From assembly GCA_002633005.1 (NCBI GenBank), contig NMRA01000087.1, positions 563,393 through 627,392 of the forward strand: a stretch of DNA of 64,000 bases. Reading direction: 5' to 3'. This DNA comes from Phoronis australis (Eukaryota > Animalia > Phoronida). The position numbers were made by a program, and so were the translations under genes. Position 1 is the stretch's first letter; the number at the start of each line of letters is the position of its first letter. Under the pieces are notes generated by a model. It was not told the origin of the DNA, ran no database searches, and worked only from the letters and a program-made list of their open reading frames with translations. Shown one piece after another: positions 25,591 through 39,192 of this stretch.

Positions 25591-26807
25591 GAGTGGCGTA
25601 GATGAAGTAATGTCCCACGAGACGTTATTCCGCGTATCGAGAGAGACCGTTATTTCATTTTTTTTAATTCACGAAACCAATACAATGGATAAGGTGAAAG
25701 TTCTACTGGTCATGGAAGATGGGGTTGGTATTTTGGGATTCAATGATATAAAATGTTGCCAAATAGTTCAAAAGCGTGCCATGGGATATTTTCATTGATT
25801 CACCGCTTCACACCTATCTGTCCCATGCAAGGGGAATTACGATGGCTCCTTACAATGTTAAGTAGTTTTGTGTGTATGTTGAGACTTAGGAATAGACTTG
25901 TTAGCATGTATTCCCATCGATTCAACAGAGAAAAAATTGAATGGCATTTTAGCCATTGTGAACAAAACTGGTCAGTTGTTTTAATGATTAATTTGTTCAA
26001 GGAGTTTCGTTTTTGGTCATGAAGCATTTTTAAACGCAGGACCTATTCAGGTATTGTGGTGAACAAAGTTTGTTTAACAGGAATATATCACTTTTTATCT
26101 CATAATTTCAGAGGAACTATGGGTAAAACACATTATCAAATACTTAGCCAATAGGTATTCATTGACAACTACTTTCCCTAATTTTTCACTGCATTTGTTA
26201 AATTTGTGTGAACACTTATTCTCCTCTCTTGTGTTAGGTGAAGTTTGATAAACACCGATAGCTAATTCATTGAAAATGCGCTAGAAACTTAGGAGGATTC
26301 TTAACTACATTGGGACTGTTTCAATTGCGTCATGATGAAAATAACAACCGAATTTAGTGGACATGTCAAAACAGGTTTATTGTATTGGTTATTTTATTGT
26401 TTTCTCGGTAAAAACCTTTTCGTGTGATTATTGCTATGCTGTGGGTTTCTCTTTTAGTGGTTTGGATTTAATGTTTTGTACCAAAACGAACAACCATTGA
26501 TTCTAAGTTCAACATCAAAGAAGTTTTATTTGAAAATAAAATTTTTAGGAAATGGAAGATTTTCCTGCTCATGAAAGAGAATCATATTTGTGTGATTTCT
26601 GTCTTAGTGGTTTGGATTTGCTGTATAACACCAAAATGTGACAACAATTATTTGAAGTTCAACATGAAAGAATTTTGTACTTAATATTGAGATTTTAGTG
26701 TCGTGGAAATAGAAGATTCTTTTCGTGAAATTTGGTTTGATAATTTAGATTTGTGTTTGCTGGTCTTATCGATAAAAAAATTCAAAACCATCGTTGACTT
26801 TGTCGTA

Positions 26808-26930
26808 GGCGGTGTGGCCTAGTCGCGTAAGTGTTCGCTTCTTGAACTCAAGGCCGTGGATTCTAGTCCCGCTGTAGCACACTGTTACGCCCTTGAGTCA
26901 GCTCTCAGCTTCTCAGCTCAGTTTTAACTA
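26808..26930 (+). mobile_element. Degenerate tRNA-derived SINE head (paralogue at ~39677-39800)
   Basis: A-box-like TGGCCTAGTCG, B-box-like GGATTCTAGTCC, followed by GCCCTTGAG. No intact cloverleaf. Confidence 0.5.
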
Positions 26931-27305
26931 TGTACTTACCTATGTAACTATGTATAAATCCAATTTTTGATAGCCTCTGACGCAAATGTGGAACATAAGA
27001 ATTTCTGATAATGTTTTGAAGAACATTGCATAAAACATAGTATCTGAAATTTTCGATCTAATCCAATCAGTCATTTATGAAATACGATGCCACGAAGGAA
27101 GCAAAATTTGACATTTCTCTCTCTTACATATAACTCTTTAGCTTGTCCGGAACCTGCTTTGCCAGGTTGTCATAGCCCAGTTGGCTGTTTGGTGTACCCA
27201 CTTGATACTTTATATGATATTTGCCCGTTTGGCAGTTTGTACCCATTTGATGATTATTATCGAATTTGTCGTTTTGCTCGACCCACTTGGTAGGCAATCG
27301 GCCAA

Positions 27306-27359
27306 TACCCATTTGGTATTATGTACCCATTTGGTATTATGTACCCATTTGGTACTATA
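27306..27359. repeat. 18-bp tandem repeat x3
   Basis: (TACCCATTTGGTATTATG)3, with looser copies upstream from 27194. Confidence 0.85.
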
Positions 27360-27375
27360 CTAAACTGTGCCACTT

Positions 27376-28080
27376 TGAACGAGAAACATTGCAATGAATC
27401 GATGTACCCTTCTCGACTAGATCGCCTCGGCTTTTTAACTACTTTCTATGTCAGAGACCCGGGGTCGGAGGTCGTGACCTTTTAAGAAAAGCCGAGCTAT
27501 TTTTGTCAAATAATGCTTTTACTCAAAACCAATTGAAAATTTAAACAAAATAGAAATAAAGTGAATTTGTAAATTAAGGTTTAGCAACTATTATAGCTTA
27601 CTATACATTTTATCACGCTAAGCTTCGACCGTGAAAATATCGTCTGCTAAAGACGGTTACCATAGGTAACTGAGTATAAAGCTCAAGTCAAAGGATCCCG
27701 ACGAAACGATACCTGCATTCAAATTGGAGATCGATGATTTACAACTGAGAGAACATGAGAGAAAAATTTCACTGAATTAAAATGCCGTTTTTAAGGAAAT
27801 TATCCGTCTTATTTTTCATAGCGTATTAATGTCGGTACAATGCCCTTTGTTGAACATGCGATTGTTGCGCGTGCTCATAAGTATTCTGGTTTCGCGTTCG
27901 ATGACGTCAGCCGCTAAGTCGTGCTGTGGTAAAGTCGACGACCCAAAACTCTTGCGGCCCGGGTTCGAAACCGACCTCGGTTGCCGCCAAAAAGTTATTT
28001 CACTAGTGAGATAACTGAATGGGTTATTTCACGACTGTATTGGCCAGTCGAGGCTGATATTGGGGTATAAAATATATTAT
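27376..28080 (+). mobile_element. Foldback/tRNA-cassette element, copy B
   Basis: Reverse complement of ~16285-16935. TGACGTCA at 27902, B-box GGTTCGAAACC at 27962, near-palindrome GTTATTTCACTAGTGAGATAAC. Confidence 0.8.
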
Positions 28081-29038
28081 TCTTGTGTTGTTTTATTTGT
28101 ACCCAATAACTTTATTTATCCCTTTAACTCCATGACAGGTCATTACCACGACTCACTTCTAAAACTGCATACGTATTGGCGTGTCTGTTTGAAACTTCTC
28201 TTAACTCCTTTGTCAACGTTCAAGTAATGAACAATGTCGTTTAGGCTGTCTTAATCTAAAAAAGCTGTATGCGTTCAGATAAAGCCATGATCGTGCTGAG
28301 TTGAAGGGACGTAGTCAACCAACCTCGTACGTACTACTTACTATCTTAACCTCCTTTTATTCACGACTTATTTTGTCTCTTACGGGAATACGTTTTAGTA
28401 GAAACTAGTTTGAGGTCACTAAATACGCATTACTTTTCCTCTAGTCATGTGGATACTTTTTTGAAAACTGGGCAATTAAAATATTGCACTACAGCGTTAA
28501 TTATCAAATCAACCTAACATCAAAACCAACTTTAATATTTTCGTACTAATGTTGAAACCAAACAGTTTATGTAACGCTAGTCAATGTTCGAAAATTTGGA
28601 ACTACTTTGAACAAAATTCATGGAACTTGTTAAATCGTCCTGTGAATTGATAGGTGATTGAGGTTAAAACCACAAATTTGAAGCGTTTTACTTTAAAGGT
28701 GCAACGACAAGTAATGGGACAGATATTTGTGAAATCCAGAAAACAGGTTTAGTATCCTTATAAGAAACACCTGCTTTTCTCTGGGCATAACATTTTAGTT
28801 AAAGTGTAGATGCTTATCAGCTGAAGTTGGGACACGACCAACCTTTAATGATAAATCATGATAGACTAATTTAAACGTTCCGGAGACGAAATGATAAGAT
28901 AACTTTTTTCAAGTGCACCTGTTTTTTTTCAGCGCAGTTTTAGTTCTTCCGTGCAAAGCAACAAAAAAGACGACGACTGAGACGATGCAATCCAAAGCGC
29001 GATTTCTTAGGATACCTCTTCCTCTTCACAGCCTCTAC

Positions 29039-32000
29039 CAGTGACGGATCTACAGGGGGGTGTTAAGGGGTTTAAGCCCCCCTAAGGACAGGACCAAAAA
29101 ATTGATAGTATAAAACGTCGCCAGCAAAACGGAAACGGCACCGCCAGAGAGGGTAAAACCCAAGAAACCCACCTCGAAAAAAATGAAAATATAATTTCCT
29201 TGCACTGCGAATTGCTGTAATCAAGAAAAGCAACGCATTTCTAGTTTTCGTGACTCATAGGCAAGTTGCGCGGTGTTCAATTTTGAGCGCGATTCCGTCG
29301 ACACTTCTGAAGTAGCCAAGCACATTAGATGGATCCACCGCTGAAAAAGCAAAGGTCTACAGCTGACTTTTAGGTAACTAGTAAGATTATGTTTTGATAT
29401 GATTATGGTACTGCAACCTTGATATTCAGATGAATCGACTTGGAAAGTTTTTACATCATCTGTCATGCCTTGACATGCCATCGCATTGCACAGTCTTGTA
29501 ATTTAAATTTGACTGGTGTCTGATCAATTGTCTTGCGCATTAAATATACAGTGTACATGTAATGTGTATATTTTAAAAAACGATCAACTCGTTTTCCGAA
29601 GAATTGTTTGGTCTTTTGAAAGGGCCGTTTCGGCGGGTGCTGTGGTTTGGTAGCTAGTCCGTTTCAATAGCAGGTTAGGCCTATACAAGGAATGAACCCA
29701 AGGGCACTCGTATTGGCAAGATGAACGCATTCGCAAACAGTAGGCCTATACAAGGAATGAATCCAAGGGCACTCGTATTGGCAAGAAGAACGCATTCGCA
29801 AACAGTGTACTTCTCAGCCTTGAGGAACTCACGCGGTGTTCGGTAGGCCTCCTCCGCCTGGGTTCTTACCTCAACACTGACCGTCTTCCTGCCTGTAATG
29901 AGCATCACTGCTGTCTTCTATACCTCACAAAGACGCACTCGATCAAACGTCCATGCCTATGGGCGTCTATTTGGTGTTACAAATTCAGGCTTCAAGTGTT
30001 CAGATATTGGAATGTTTATTCAGAAAATTGCAAGAAATGCAAATAGGTCTTGGTATACATCTTCTTCGACAAAAGCGCAAGATTTGAAGCAGTCCATGAT
30101 GAACGGCCAAATATAGTGGCGCTTGTAACTCTTTTGAATAGAGTTGAAAATCTCAAGGAGTTTAGTGTCAAGCTGCAAAATCGAGATGCTGACATTGCTT
30201 ACAAGCTCATTAAAACTGCAGTTGACGAAGTGCAACCATTAAGAACAAGCATCGATGATCTATGTTAGGGATGAATGGTTCCAAGACGCGCAAACGATAG
30301 CTGAGAACATTTGATCCAATATTTAGATTCCTGGGATTTCGAGACACCAAAAGCAGAGCGCTAACGCTCCTGCAGAAACATTCAGGTAATATGTTACAAT
30401 TCTACACATTTTGTACATAATGTCTCTTTTCTGACTTAATTTTAACTGCTGCTTGTGTACAATGAAAACGAAATAGAAATCAATTTCGGACATAACAAAT
30501 TTACCCAGGGTCCACGAGCGCAAAGAAACTGATTCTAGTTTGCATTTCCACTTGGCTATTTATCTACTTTATAACCAAAATCTATGTCGCGTAGTGCATA
30601 GTTAAATTTGTTGTCAATAAAAGAACAATAAAAATACCCTTCCTGGCAGGTGGAACTGTCATTTCTTGTGCCATTTGCAGGATGAGAGATGCAGACTTAG
30701 GCTCACTGGAGGATGGGATGCATTTCTGGGACATAGACTTGCCATCACCAGATTTCCCAAGGTGACTGACTCCCTTCTGATTGTCGTCATTTTAAGTAAC
30801 ACGTTGTGTCTTTTGTTAATATTAGTATTTTAAATAAAAGCAAAAGATATTAAAATATCTTTTGCTTTTATTTATTTCAACGAGAGCTCCGCTGCTGGCG
30901 TCCTTTTAAAATGCTCAACATCAAGAGTAGGCGTAACTTGAGTTCCACACTCAAGCACGCACTCGGACGGCTACATCTTCCCAAACTAAGAGAGAGGATA
31001 TTGATAATACGTGTATCCCTTATTGATCCTGTGAGGCAGAAAGATCATTTTCTGTGCTCAGGTGTGTGAAGACACATTTGAGGGCCACTTTGTCTGAGGA
31101 AAGGCTTACTGTGTTATCACTGATGGCCATGCATTAGAAATAACTAAAAGATTGGACACGTTACTGACAGTCAAGCGCTTTATCCAGAGCCACCCACGGC
31201 ATGCTTTATGCAAGTGTATCTTGTTTGACTGAAAGTGTACCAAGTTCTATCAATAAGTTACGGCAAGATGCATAAAATACATGTATGAGCAACTACTGGG
31301 GATCAAAATGTGTCTGGAGAGCAGTTTCCAATTCTGATATTTTGCATAGTATTCTTTTGGTCTTGGAACGGACAGGGACAGCTTATTTGTATAGCTATTG
31401 ACTCTCACTGTACATCTGGCGTGCGTTCAGTAGACGCTAGGACCTACGCTAGGGCCTAGTTAAAACCTAGTCAAAGTCACGTGCTCTCATTTAAAATACA
31501 GGGCGATATATCACGTAATCTCGCGAAGTCTTGCTTTTAAGCGAGGTCCTAGCGTTACTAAACGAGAGGCTGGTTTCTCGGCGACCTGGTCTTGTAATAT
31601 TTTTACCACAGTGTGCTTTGTAAAGCTATCTATTGACCAGTTAGTACTTTTTGGTTTCACCACAGATCGCGTATTTTTGTAGAAATATTGGCTCTCATTA
31701 TACCTCTGGTCCGTTGGCGCACTGGCCACAATGTGCTTTGTTAAACTATTCATCTCAGTCAGTACTTTTTGGTTCCGCGACAGGTTGACTATTATTATTG
31801 CGATAATAAGCATAGGCGTGCTTTTGGTCTCGTGGAGGACCAGGCCAGATTATTTGTGTTCACATTTGGTCCCTCGGCGAACTGGTTTCTATATATTTTC
31901 ACCTCGATGTACAGCATGTTTTGATTCCGTGAAAACTTTTTCACGTGATTTGTTTCCTGATACTTTAGAATACATTAGACGTTTTTCAACTGTTGGGACT

Positions 32001-32262
32001 CATGGCAGCCCAACAATCAGCGTGATTCAGTTTCATAAAGTGATATTTAAGTGCTTATTGTCACTTTTAATAATAGAATATGCGCGGAGATCACCGCTAT
32101 TCGTCAGTTTTTTCTCGTAGCAGACTGAACATCTGTTTATTTCCGGGCACACAAGTACCGGTCTTCATTCTTAAAGAGCTTGAGGCTGCTGCCACGCGAT
32201 CATCTGATGATCAAGTATTGGTGACCTTTTTCTTAAACATTGGGTACTTGTCTAAACCACTG
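29039..32262 (+). mobile_element. Degenerate hAT DNA transposon, copy 2 (left TIR intact, right end lost)
   Basis: Left terminus CAGTGACGGATCTACAGGGGGG. Dimerisation motif CEAERSFSVLRCVKTHLRATLSEERL near 31029-31106. The empty site is seen at ~42048-42060. Confidence 0.8.
31420..31569. mobile_element. 150-bp MITE (possibly PIF/Harbinger) inside hAT copy 2
   Basis: Inverted ends CGTTCAGTAGACGCTAGGACCT / AGGTCCTAGCGTTACTAAACG, with CTGG on both flanks (3-4 bp TSD). Absent from copy 1 near 12735. Confidence 0.75.
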
Positions 32263-33716
32263 TATAGACCCAATTCACGCGGCCGACATTAAAATCCAAA
32301 GCGAGGCTCACTGCGATAAACAAAGCGGAAGTTGACATTGCGTGAGTTAAATAGCCGGTCTTTCGAGTCCAACCTGGATATCAAATTTGAATAATGTGTC
32401 AACAATTAACCACGGAGACGTAGAAAATTACACAAGGGAACAAGTTAAGGCGCCAAAGAGTTGTCTGGCGAAAGGGTTTGAAAGTAATTTTTTGGAAAAC
32501 TAGGTTCGAAATATGAAAAGTAAATATGACCAAATTGCGGCGATCGTAGTGTTGCAGATTAGGTATTATGCTGAATGCAGGGTTACGTTTTTTTCTTGTA
32601 AGTTGTTGATCAAAATACTTTCTACACGAACCAGGTCATCTGCTCGTATTGTTGACGAGTTGAAGACATATTCGACTGTGGTGGCTGTCATTTGCAATTA
32701 GTCACATATGGTTTAATTTGTTGAGCAAGAATATTAACATCAAGCAAAGCCTGGTCCTGGTGAGGTATGCACTCACTGGGACTAACAATTGATTTGTCAT
32801 TGATCTGAAAGAATAATTGATGTTATTAAATATATTTTTATTAAAATAAAAAACAGGCTTGTAATTGAAAATAAAAATTATTTGACCATCAATTCTGCTT
32901 TCTTGGTTGTAATAATTCTTACGTCTATTTCATGTGTTACGTTTCAAATATCAGTCTAGACCAAGTTGAATTTTAAAATTAAAACACCTAATTCGTTCGT
33001 CCAAAGCATAACCTCGTTTTAGAACTCAATTTCAGTTAACTGGACAAAGGAATCATAGTTATCATGTTTCTCCAGGAGCCTCGTTCATCCGAGGGGAAAG
33101 GTGCCAGTGCCTATTGAGAGGGGATTTTTTGGCCGAGTGAGGGGAACAATCTACCTCCCGATCACCGTCAATAGCACCCCTGCCCTGTTGCAAGCTCTCA
33201 TAGGCTCTGTCTCAATTTAAATTAGCCTTTTGTGCTCTTAAGAATTGTCACCTGTGTGGTTACAGGTGATGTGAACTCAAAGAGAATTTTTCACTAGGGG
33301 AATTTTTTATGCCTCGTGGGGGAAATTTCGAGTGATATTTCAGTATAGGGCCGATATTGGGCCCCATGTTCGAGGGATTGAGGGCCCTGTCCTTTTTGGA
33401 AAGAAATATTATAATGTTTCAACCCGTAGTCATGAAAACACAGCCTGGCTGGCCCATTCTCCGGTCGTTACTATCAAGCTTGGCAACCGAGATGCGACAA
33501 AATATGATCTAACATTTGTAAATTTTACACGGACATATTTTGCTTCGTCGCGGCGTATCGCAACGACCCAACGCTCCGAATCTCAACGTCTTTAGGGATT
33601 GTAAAGCAGACAGTTGAGTGTCCGTATTTTTTCTAGCCGTTCGCGGAGCAACGCGGACTGAAATACAACTATGCCGATAAGCTAACAAAGCTATCGTAGC
33701 GAGCCTCGTTTTGGAA
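32263..33716. mobile_element. Unclassified DNA element with subterminal inverted repeats
   Basis: TCCAAAGCGAGGCTCACTGCGATA (~32295) versus TATCGTAGCGAGCCTCGTTTTGGA (~33692). It begins where the hAT homology stops. Confidence 0.5.
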
Positions 33717-33734
33717 CACGCCTCCTGTCGGGAA

Positions 33735-34172
33735 ATTATCGTCTGCTAAAGTAGGTTACCACTGGTAACTGAATATAATTCTCAAGTCTAAGATCTTGAC
33801 AACACGATACCCGCATTCAAACTGGAGATGTGTGATTTACAAGTAAGAGGACATGAGGGAAAAATTTCACTGAATTAAGATATCATTTTTATGGAAATTA
33901 TGTGTTTTATTTTTCGTAGCGTATAAGTACAGTACAATGCGGTTTGTTGAACGTGCGATTATTGCGCGTGCTCATTTAAGTATTCTATTTTCACTCTTGA
34001 TGACGTCAGTCGCTGCATGGTGCAGTGGCAAAGTCGGCGACAAGCAATACGAGGGTCCCGGGTTCGACTCCGTCCTCTGTTTCCCGCCAAATCGTTATCT
34101 CACTAGTGAGATAACTTTATGGGTTATTACACGGTTGTATCTGCCATTTGACGCTAATATTGTGGTTTAAAT
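33735..34172 (+). mobile_element. Foldback/tRNA-cassette element, copy C (partial)
   Basis: TGACGTCA at 34001, A box TGGTGCAGTGG at 34018-34028, B box GGTTCGACTCC at 34061-34071, perfect palindrome GTTATCTCACTAGTGAGATAAC. Confidence 0.8.
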
Positions 34173-36393
34173 ACACAAATCGTTCCGAGAGTGGCATAGA
34201 TGCCACGAGACATTATTCTGCGTATCGACAGGGTCCGTTATTGCATTTTTTTAATTTACGAAATCAATACAATGTATAAGGTGGGAGTTCTACTTGTCAT
34301 GGAAGATGGGGTTGGTATTTTGGGATTCAGTGATATAAAATGTTGCGAAAAGGCTCAAAAGTGTGCCATGGGATATTTTCGTTGGCTCACCTCTTCACAC
34401 CTATTGTTCCCACGCAAGGGGACTTACGATGGCTCCTTTCAAGGTTAAGTAGTTTTTGTGTATATTGAAACTTTGGAAGACTTGTTAGCTTGGATTCCCA
34501 TCGACTCACCACAGAAAAAATTGAATGGCATTTTAGCAGTTGTGAACAAAGCTGGTCAGTTGTTTTAATGATTAATTTGTTCATGGAGTTTCGGTTTTAG
34601 TCATGATGCATTATTAAACGCAAGAGCTTTTAATATAGTACGATGTCATCAGTAACTTATAAGCGCAGTGAGTTGGGTGCGTTGTTGAATTATTGGTTAA
34701 TTGGTTAATTTTAAGCACATGTCACTTTAATCAACGAATATCTTACTCTTCATGAAGCGATGTTCCTTTGGTCGCACTCGTCTTGTTATTTGGTATTGTT
34801 TCAGTTTCACGTAGTGCTTTTGTCTCGCTAACTACAATGTAGTAGAACCTCGCAAACGCTGAGATTTTCATCAAGCTCGACAAAACCCAGGATGCTGGTC
34901 GGTCCACCTTGACGAAATGCCACAACTTCTTACAACTTTCCGCACTCCATTCGGACGTGCCTGTTGCATCAGGCATCCTTTGGCACTTAGTGTGTCCCAA
35001 AACATTTCCCACGCAAAAATGGAGTAGATTTTGGAAGGTCTGAATGGACTAGTCAAGACTCTCAACAGGCATGTGCGCTTTATTCTACCCCCTTTTGCAA
35101 AAAAAATCCGTAGTCATGATTAATAATCCTTTACATCGATGGTTTACGCTTATCAGTCTCTGGTCCAAGCTCGCTCTTGATGACGGCCATGTATAACGCC
35201 AGCAACATATTCGAGTAAAATCTCGATATCTAGTGAAGACTCTAATTTTCGAGTTCAACTTGAGCTTTTTTCCAAATTTCTGGGGCCATCATATAACTTG
35301 GTTCCCAGGGCTCGGTCTGAGATCGGTTGATATCGTGTGACTGGCCCCAAGAAATTAAAGCCACGGAGTGTCGTCATTCTGGAGACAAGAGTCATCAAGT
35401 GAAAACTAGTATGAAACAGTTATCCGCGGCATAAGCCAATAGAATAAGACATTTATTTTGAGTTAGCACAAAAGTAGAATGGAACTGCCAAAAATAATTC
35501 CGAGTTCCGTTTTTTCGAGTAACCAGACCCTGGGCCCTCAGTGGAATATTATGCGTAAAATTTTATGACTGAGTAGTTAGTAAGTTGTTGCGTGTCGTCA
35601 GATACATTGATCAACAATGGCAATGTGGCACGCAATAAGTCAATGTGCTCTTGAAATTTTGATGAAATAAGCATCTATTTAGGCTCCCTGGTGTGTGCCA
35701 CCCAGACAGCTAAGTCCGCAAGGCGGAGGGATATGAAATTGTTGACAACCCGGTTGCGTGGAAGTGGTGGTGACAGGGAGGAAGAACAGTATAGGCGGGG
35801 GAAAATTGGTCAAGACATATTAGCTTGTGCTTCCCCTGCCCGACAATGCTAATCTTCCAACGGGCCCGGCAACTGACCCACTTTACGTCAACTCATTGCC
35901 GTCGCGTTGCCAACTAACTAATGTATGAGCAATGGTTCTGTCTGCAGCAACACTGTGTTAACTCTTGGCGAACTAATTTCGGTGTTACCTTTTTAAATTT
36001 TTGACTTACACGCACACACATTCACATGCTATTGAGGAACGATCTCTGAATAAATTTCAAACAAGGAATTCTGAATGATGCAGCAAATTTGAAAATTTTA
36101 CGTACCTCGTTTATTGCGTTCTTGAATTCTTCTTTACCAAAAAGTTGACACCTATTGTGCAAAAGTCATTTTTACGAACTTCTTAATTAAATGTTTTTTC
36201 TTCATTAACCCTTCGCTGGTTATTGTTATTTTTACTTCGAAGTAGAACATTAGTACTGCATTGCAGGAAGTTGTGGTTTTGTCGTATGACTGGGACGAGA
36301 TACGCAGTTGCCAACAGTTTGTGAGTCAATCTTGTTGTTAACAATTAGCAAATTTTAAAACCAAATAATCTGTACCGACAACAATTCAAGGAT

Positions 36394-37080
36394 TTAAAGA
36401 GTTGTTGTTGCTGGTGTTGGCCCTCGACGCGATGTGGTTGATGTCGGTATTTTCATTGCTGTTGTCGTCCGCGCCATCGAAGTTTTTGGTGGCCCTAGTG
36501 TTGTACTTGTAGATGGTGTTGGCAATGGGTATTGTGTGCATGTTTTAAACATAAGACTGCCACGTTCGCACTGGTACCTACACCAGTAAATCGCTGTCGT
36601 CCCTCGGGACTTTTCAACTACAGATTCACCTTGTCGAAGCAGTCGTCCACCGTGCTGACAGTAAAGCGGCCGCTGAGTGCTTGTGGTAGGAGTAAGTGTT
36701 GTTCTTGGAAGTGTTGAACACGGTAAGCGCACAGTATGTACACCGCCACAAACCTTGGCCTCACAGGCACTGTTGGAAACGATTTCGCCACGGTGATAAA
36801 GCTTCCTGTTGTAATAACATGAATCTTCGGTCAGTTGATTTCTCTTTCTTGTTGGTCGAGCTTTCGATGTACGGACGCAGTTTTCGTAATCAAACACAAC
36901 GTATCCTCTCAAGCTACACAGTATCGGACACTGAGCCCCCACTATTGTAGATCCTAACTCGTAGATTTTGTTATTATATAAGCATCCAGTAGACGTTTTC
37001 GAATCGGTCAGTGCGGCACTGCTCAACGTTTGGCTCATGAATATGTCTCCAACGAGCATGAGAAATGTCAAGAAACGCAT
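36394..37080 (-). CDS. Secreted 228-aa protein with three 4-Cys half-VWC/FnI-like modules and a Thr-rich mucin-like tail
   Basis: Hydrophobic N-terminus MRFLTFLMLVG. Modules begin CLYNNKIYELG, CYYNRKLYHRG and CQHGGRLLRQG, each with 4 Cys. T/P/S-rich C-terminus; uninterrupted ORF. Confidence 0.85.
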   Translation of the reverse strand: MRFLTFLMLVGDIFMSQTLSSAALTDSKTSTGCLYNNKIYELGSTIVGAQCPILCSLRGYVVFDYENCVRTSKARPTRKRNQLTEDSCYYNRKLYHRGEIVSNSACEAKVCGGVHTVRLPCSTLPRTTLTPTTSTQRPLYCQHGGRLLRQGESVVEKSRGTTAIYWCRYQCERGSLMFKTCTQYPLPTPSTSTTLGPPKTSMARTTTAMKIPTSTTSRRGPTPATTTL

Positions 37081-39192
37081 CTTGCTGGTTTCACAAGCGA
37101 CGTTATCAAGTCTACATTAGAATCTTTTATCAGGCACTGTGTTGAACAAAGATTATTTAACAGTTATTCGTCACTTTTTATCTCATAATTTTAGAGGAAC
37201 TATGGGTAAAATACGACAGTATAAAAGACTTAGTTCATTTTACAGAAGTTCCCCAGTTGTTCACTGCATTTGGTAAATTTGTGTGAATACTTATTCTCCT
37301 TTCTTGTGATAGGTCAAGTCTGGGACTGTTTCATAAAGCTTGCCACTGGTGTCCCAAATCCTTCCACTTTTGTCACGTGTAAATGCTTATCTACAGCCAG
37401 GAAACGAGTCTAGGTTAGATCTGCTCGTCACCTCGTGGTGAAACTTATGCAGAGCTAACGACCATTAGGGTGCATGCAAAGTCTGGGTGTCAACAAACAT
37501 TCACCTTGCCCGTTGCAGTTGTTTAATTAAAAACAAACAAATAAACGTCTCTCTCTTTCATAATTTTTTGTTTTGTGACAAATAAAATTCGTGACACGCG
37601 CAGGCGCCATTTCCTGAAACTTTACGACATCTCTCGGATGATGATGACAGCTTTGCAACAGCAAAATTTGTTCTGAATTTCAGTTTGCTTGTATTAAAAC
37701 ACTAAAAACTTGTAACGAAATGAAACCAGTTTCGACAATTTGTTTTGACATGTACGCAACCTCGAGGAATAGAAGGACTGTATAATGAAGAAACGGGCAA
37801 AAAAGTTGGCCAATATAGCTGATACAATATTTCATGGCGCCGAACGCCGGCGCAAAAGAGCGCACCACAATTTTAGCAGTAGAATAAGGGCTGAACGCCA
37901 TTTTTTCAACACTGGTAAATGATTTTGCTTATTCAAGGAAGATCGTGGTTTTTAATGACACCATAGATTACAACTCCGACATTTTCTTGCAAAATATCCC
38001 AGAGGAGGCGCCACCTTCTAAACATAGCAAACTCAGCTTCCGTTTAGTGTGTTGTGACGGGAAATTCATTCATCTATTTTACTGTCTTGTAAAACGAAAA
38101 TAATTTAGTCACTGAAACGCTGTTCTAGGTCTTTCAGAAATTTTGAGCGGCATTGACGTGCATTCGAGCTTATTATGAAATGTCCTGGTGGAGTATATAA
38201 ACTGCTGTTGAAGTGCAAGATTGGTTTTTGTGTTGACCTGGGCTGAGTTGCATGAAGCTTCAAAAGTTATCCGCTGGATGACGTCAGGAGCATTGTTCAA
38301 CAATAACAACGTGACGCGTGATAATGCAACGTCATTGTTGCTAGACGTCTTATAACTTTTATGCGACTGGGCCCTGGTGGTTATTTATGAAGTATTAATA
38401 TGAGTTTTATTTAAGAAGTTATCGTTTTTCGAGCATTCGATTTTTTTAATCACGGATGTGAGTTGAGCAAAATCACCGGTCCAATTCCCGACGAAATGAC
38501 CATGATTAGCAGACGACGTATGTGCCGGAAGTAAAGCGTGCTATGTCTGCCAGGTAACGTTAGTGAATAATAAGGTCACGGCTTATGAGTAAGGTTAAAG
38601 ATTTCGTCCATTGAAAATATACGGAGTTGGCGGTCCCTACACTATAGTCTATGATGACACGTAATTTTTTTCGTCAGACTTTATTTGGTCAGTTTTTATC
38701 AACATTTGCGCTGTATATTTAGTATACAGGTTTGCACTGAGGCTAGTTATGAACATACCTTACTCAAGAACCAGTTATCCTGAGCTAGTCAGGTTAATCC
38801 TGAGGGTGTTCTTTGATTTGACTAAAACGTCAAATTGGAAAAAATGAGCTTTATTTTGTTCTTAAGCTAACGCAGTGGATAAAATTATAACTATTTAGCT
38901 CAAAAATATTCAACGTGGTTGATATTTGGTTAGATTTGTTAATTTTAAATGTTGACCTTTCAACTGTTTATATGTCATCATAATTGAGTTGTGGGGCCGT
39001 CATGTAGCAATCCCAGCGGTAATTTTCAGTCTCCGGCGGTCCTGTTTTGTGGTGAATCGGTCATATTTTTACGTGCGTCTTTCCCATTTTCTTGTGCGGC
39101 GGTCCCATTTGATCTCCGTAGGTCCTGTTTTGTCAGTGGTGAGTCGGTCCGATTTGGAGGACCGACGGCCTTTGTTTTGCGTCAGGTGGCTG

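Larger units (their letters stand above)
25580..29038. repeat. Segmental duplication copy (paralogous to 34170-34625 plus 37125-42055) lacking the 228-aa gene
   Basis: Approximate colinear blocks: 25580-26040 with 34170-34625; 26045-26240 with 37125-37320; 26450-26950 with 39470-39810; 26955-27110 with 40805-40960; 28200-29038 with 41130-42055. Confidence 0.85.

Noticed and set aside
34010-34090. Functional tRNA gene
   Set aside because: A and B boxes are present, but the acceptor and anticodon stems do not pair and the three copies differ; treated as a repeat-borne cassette.
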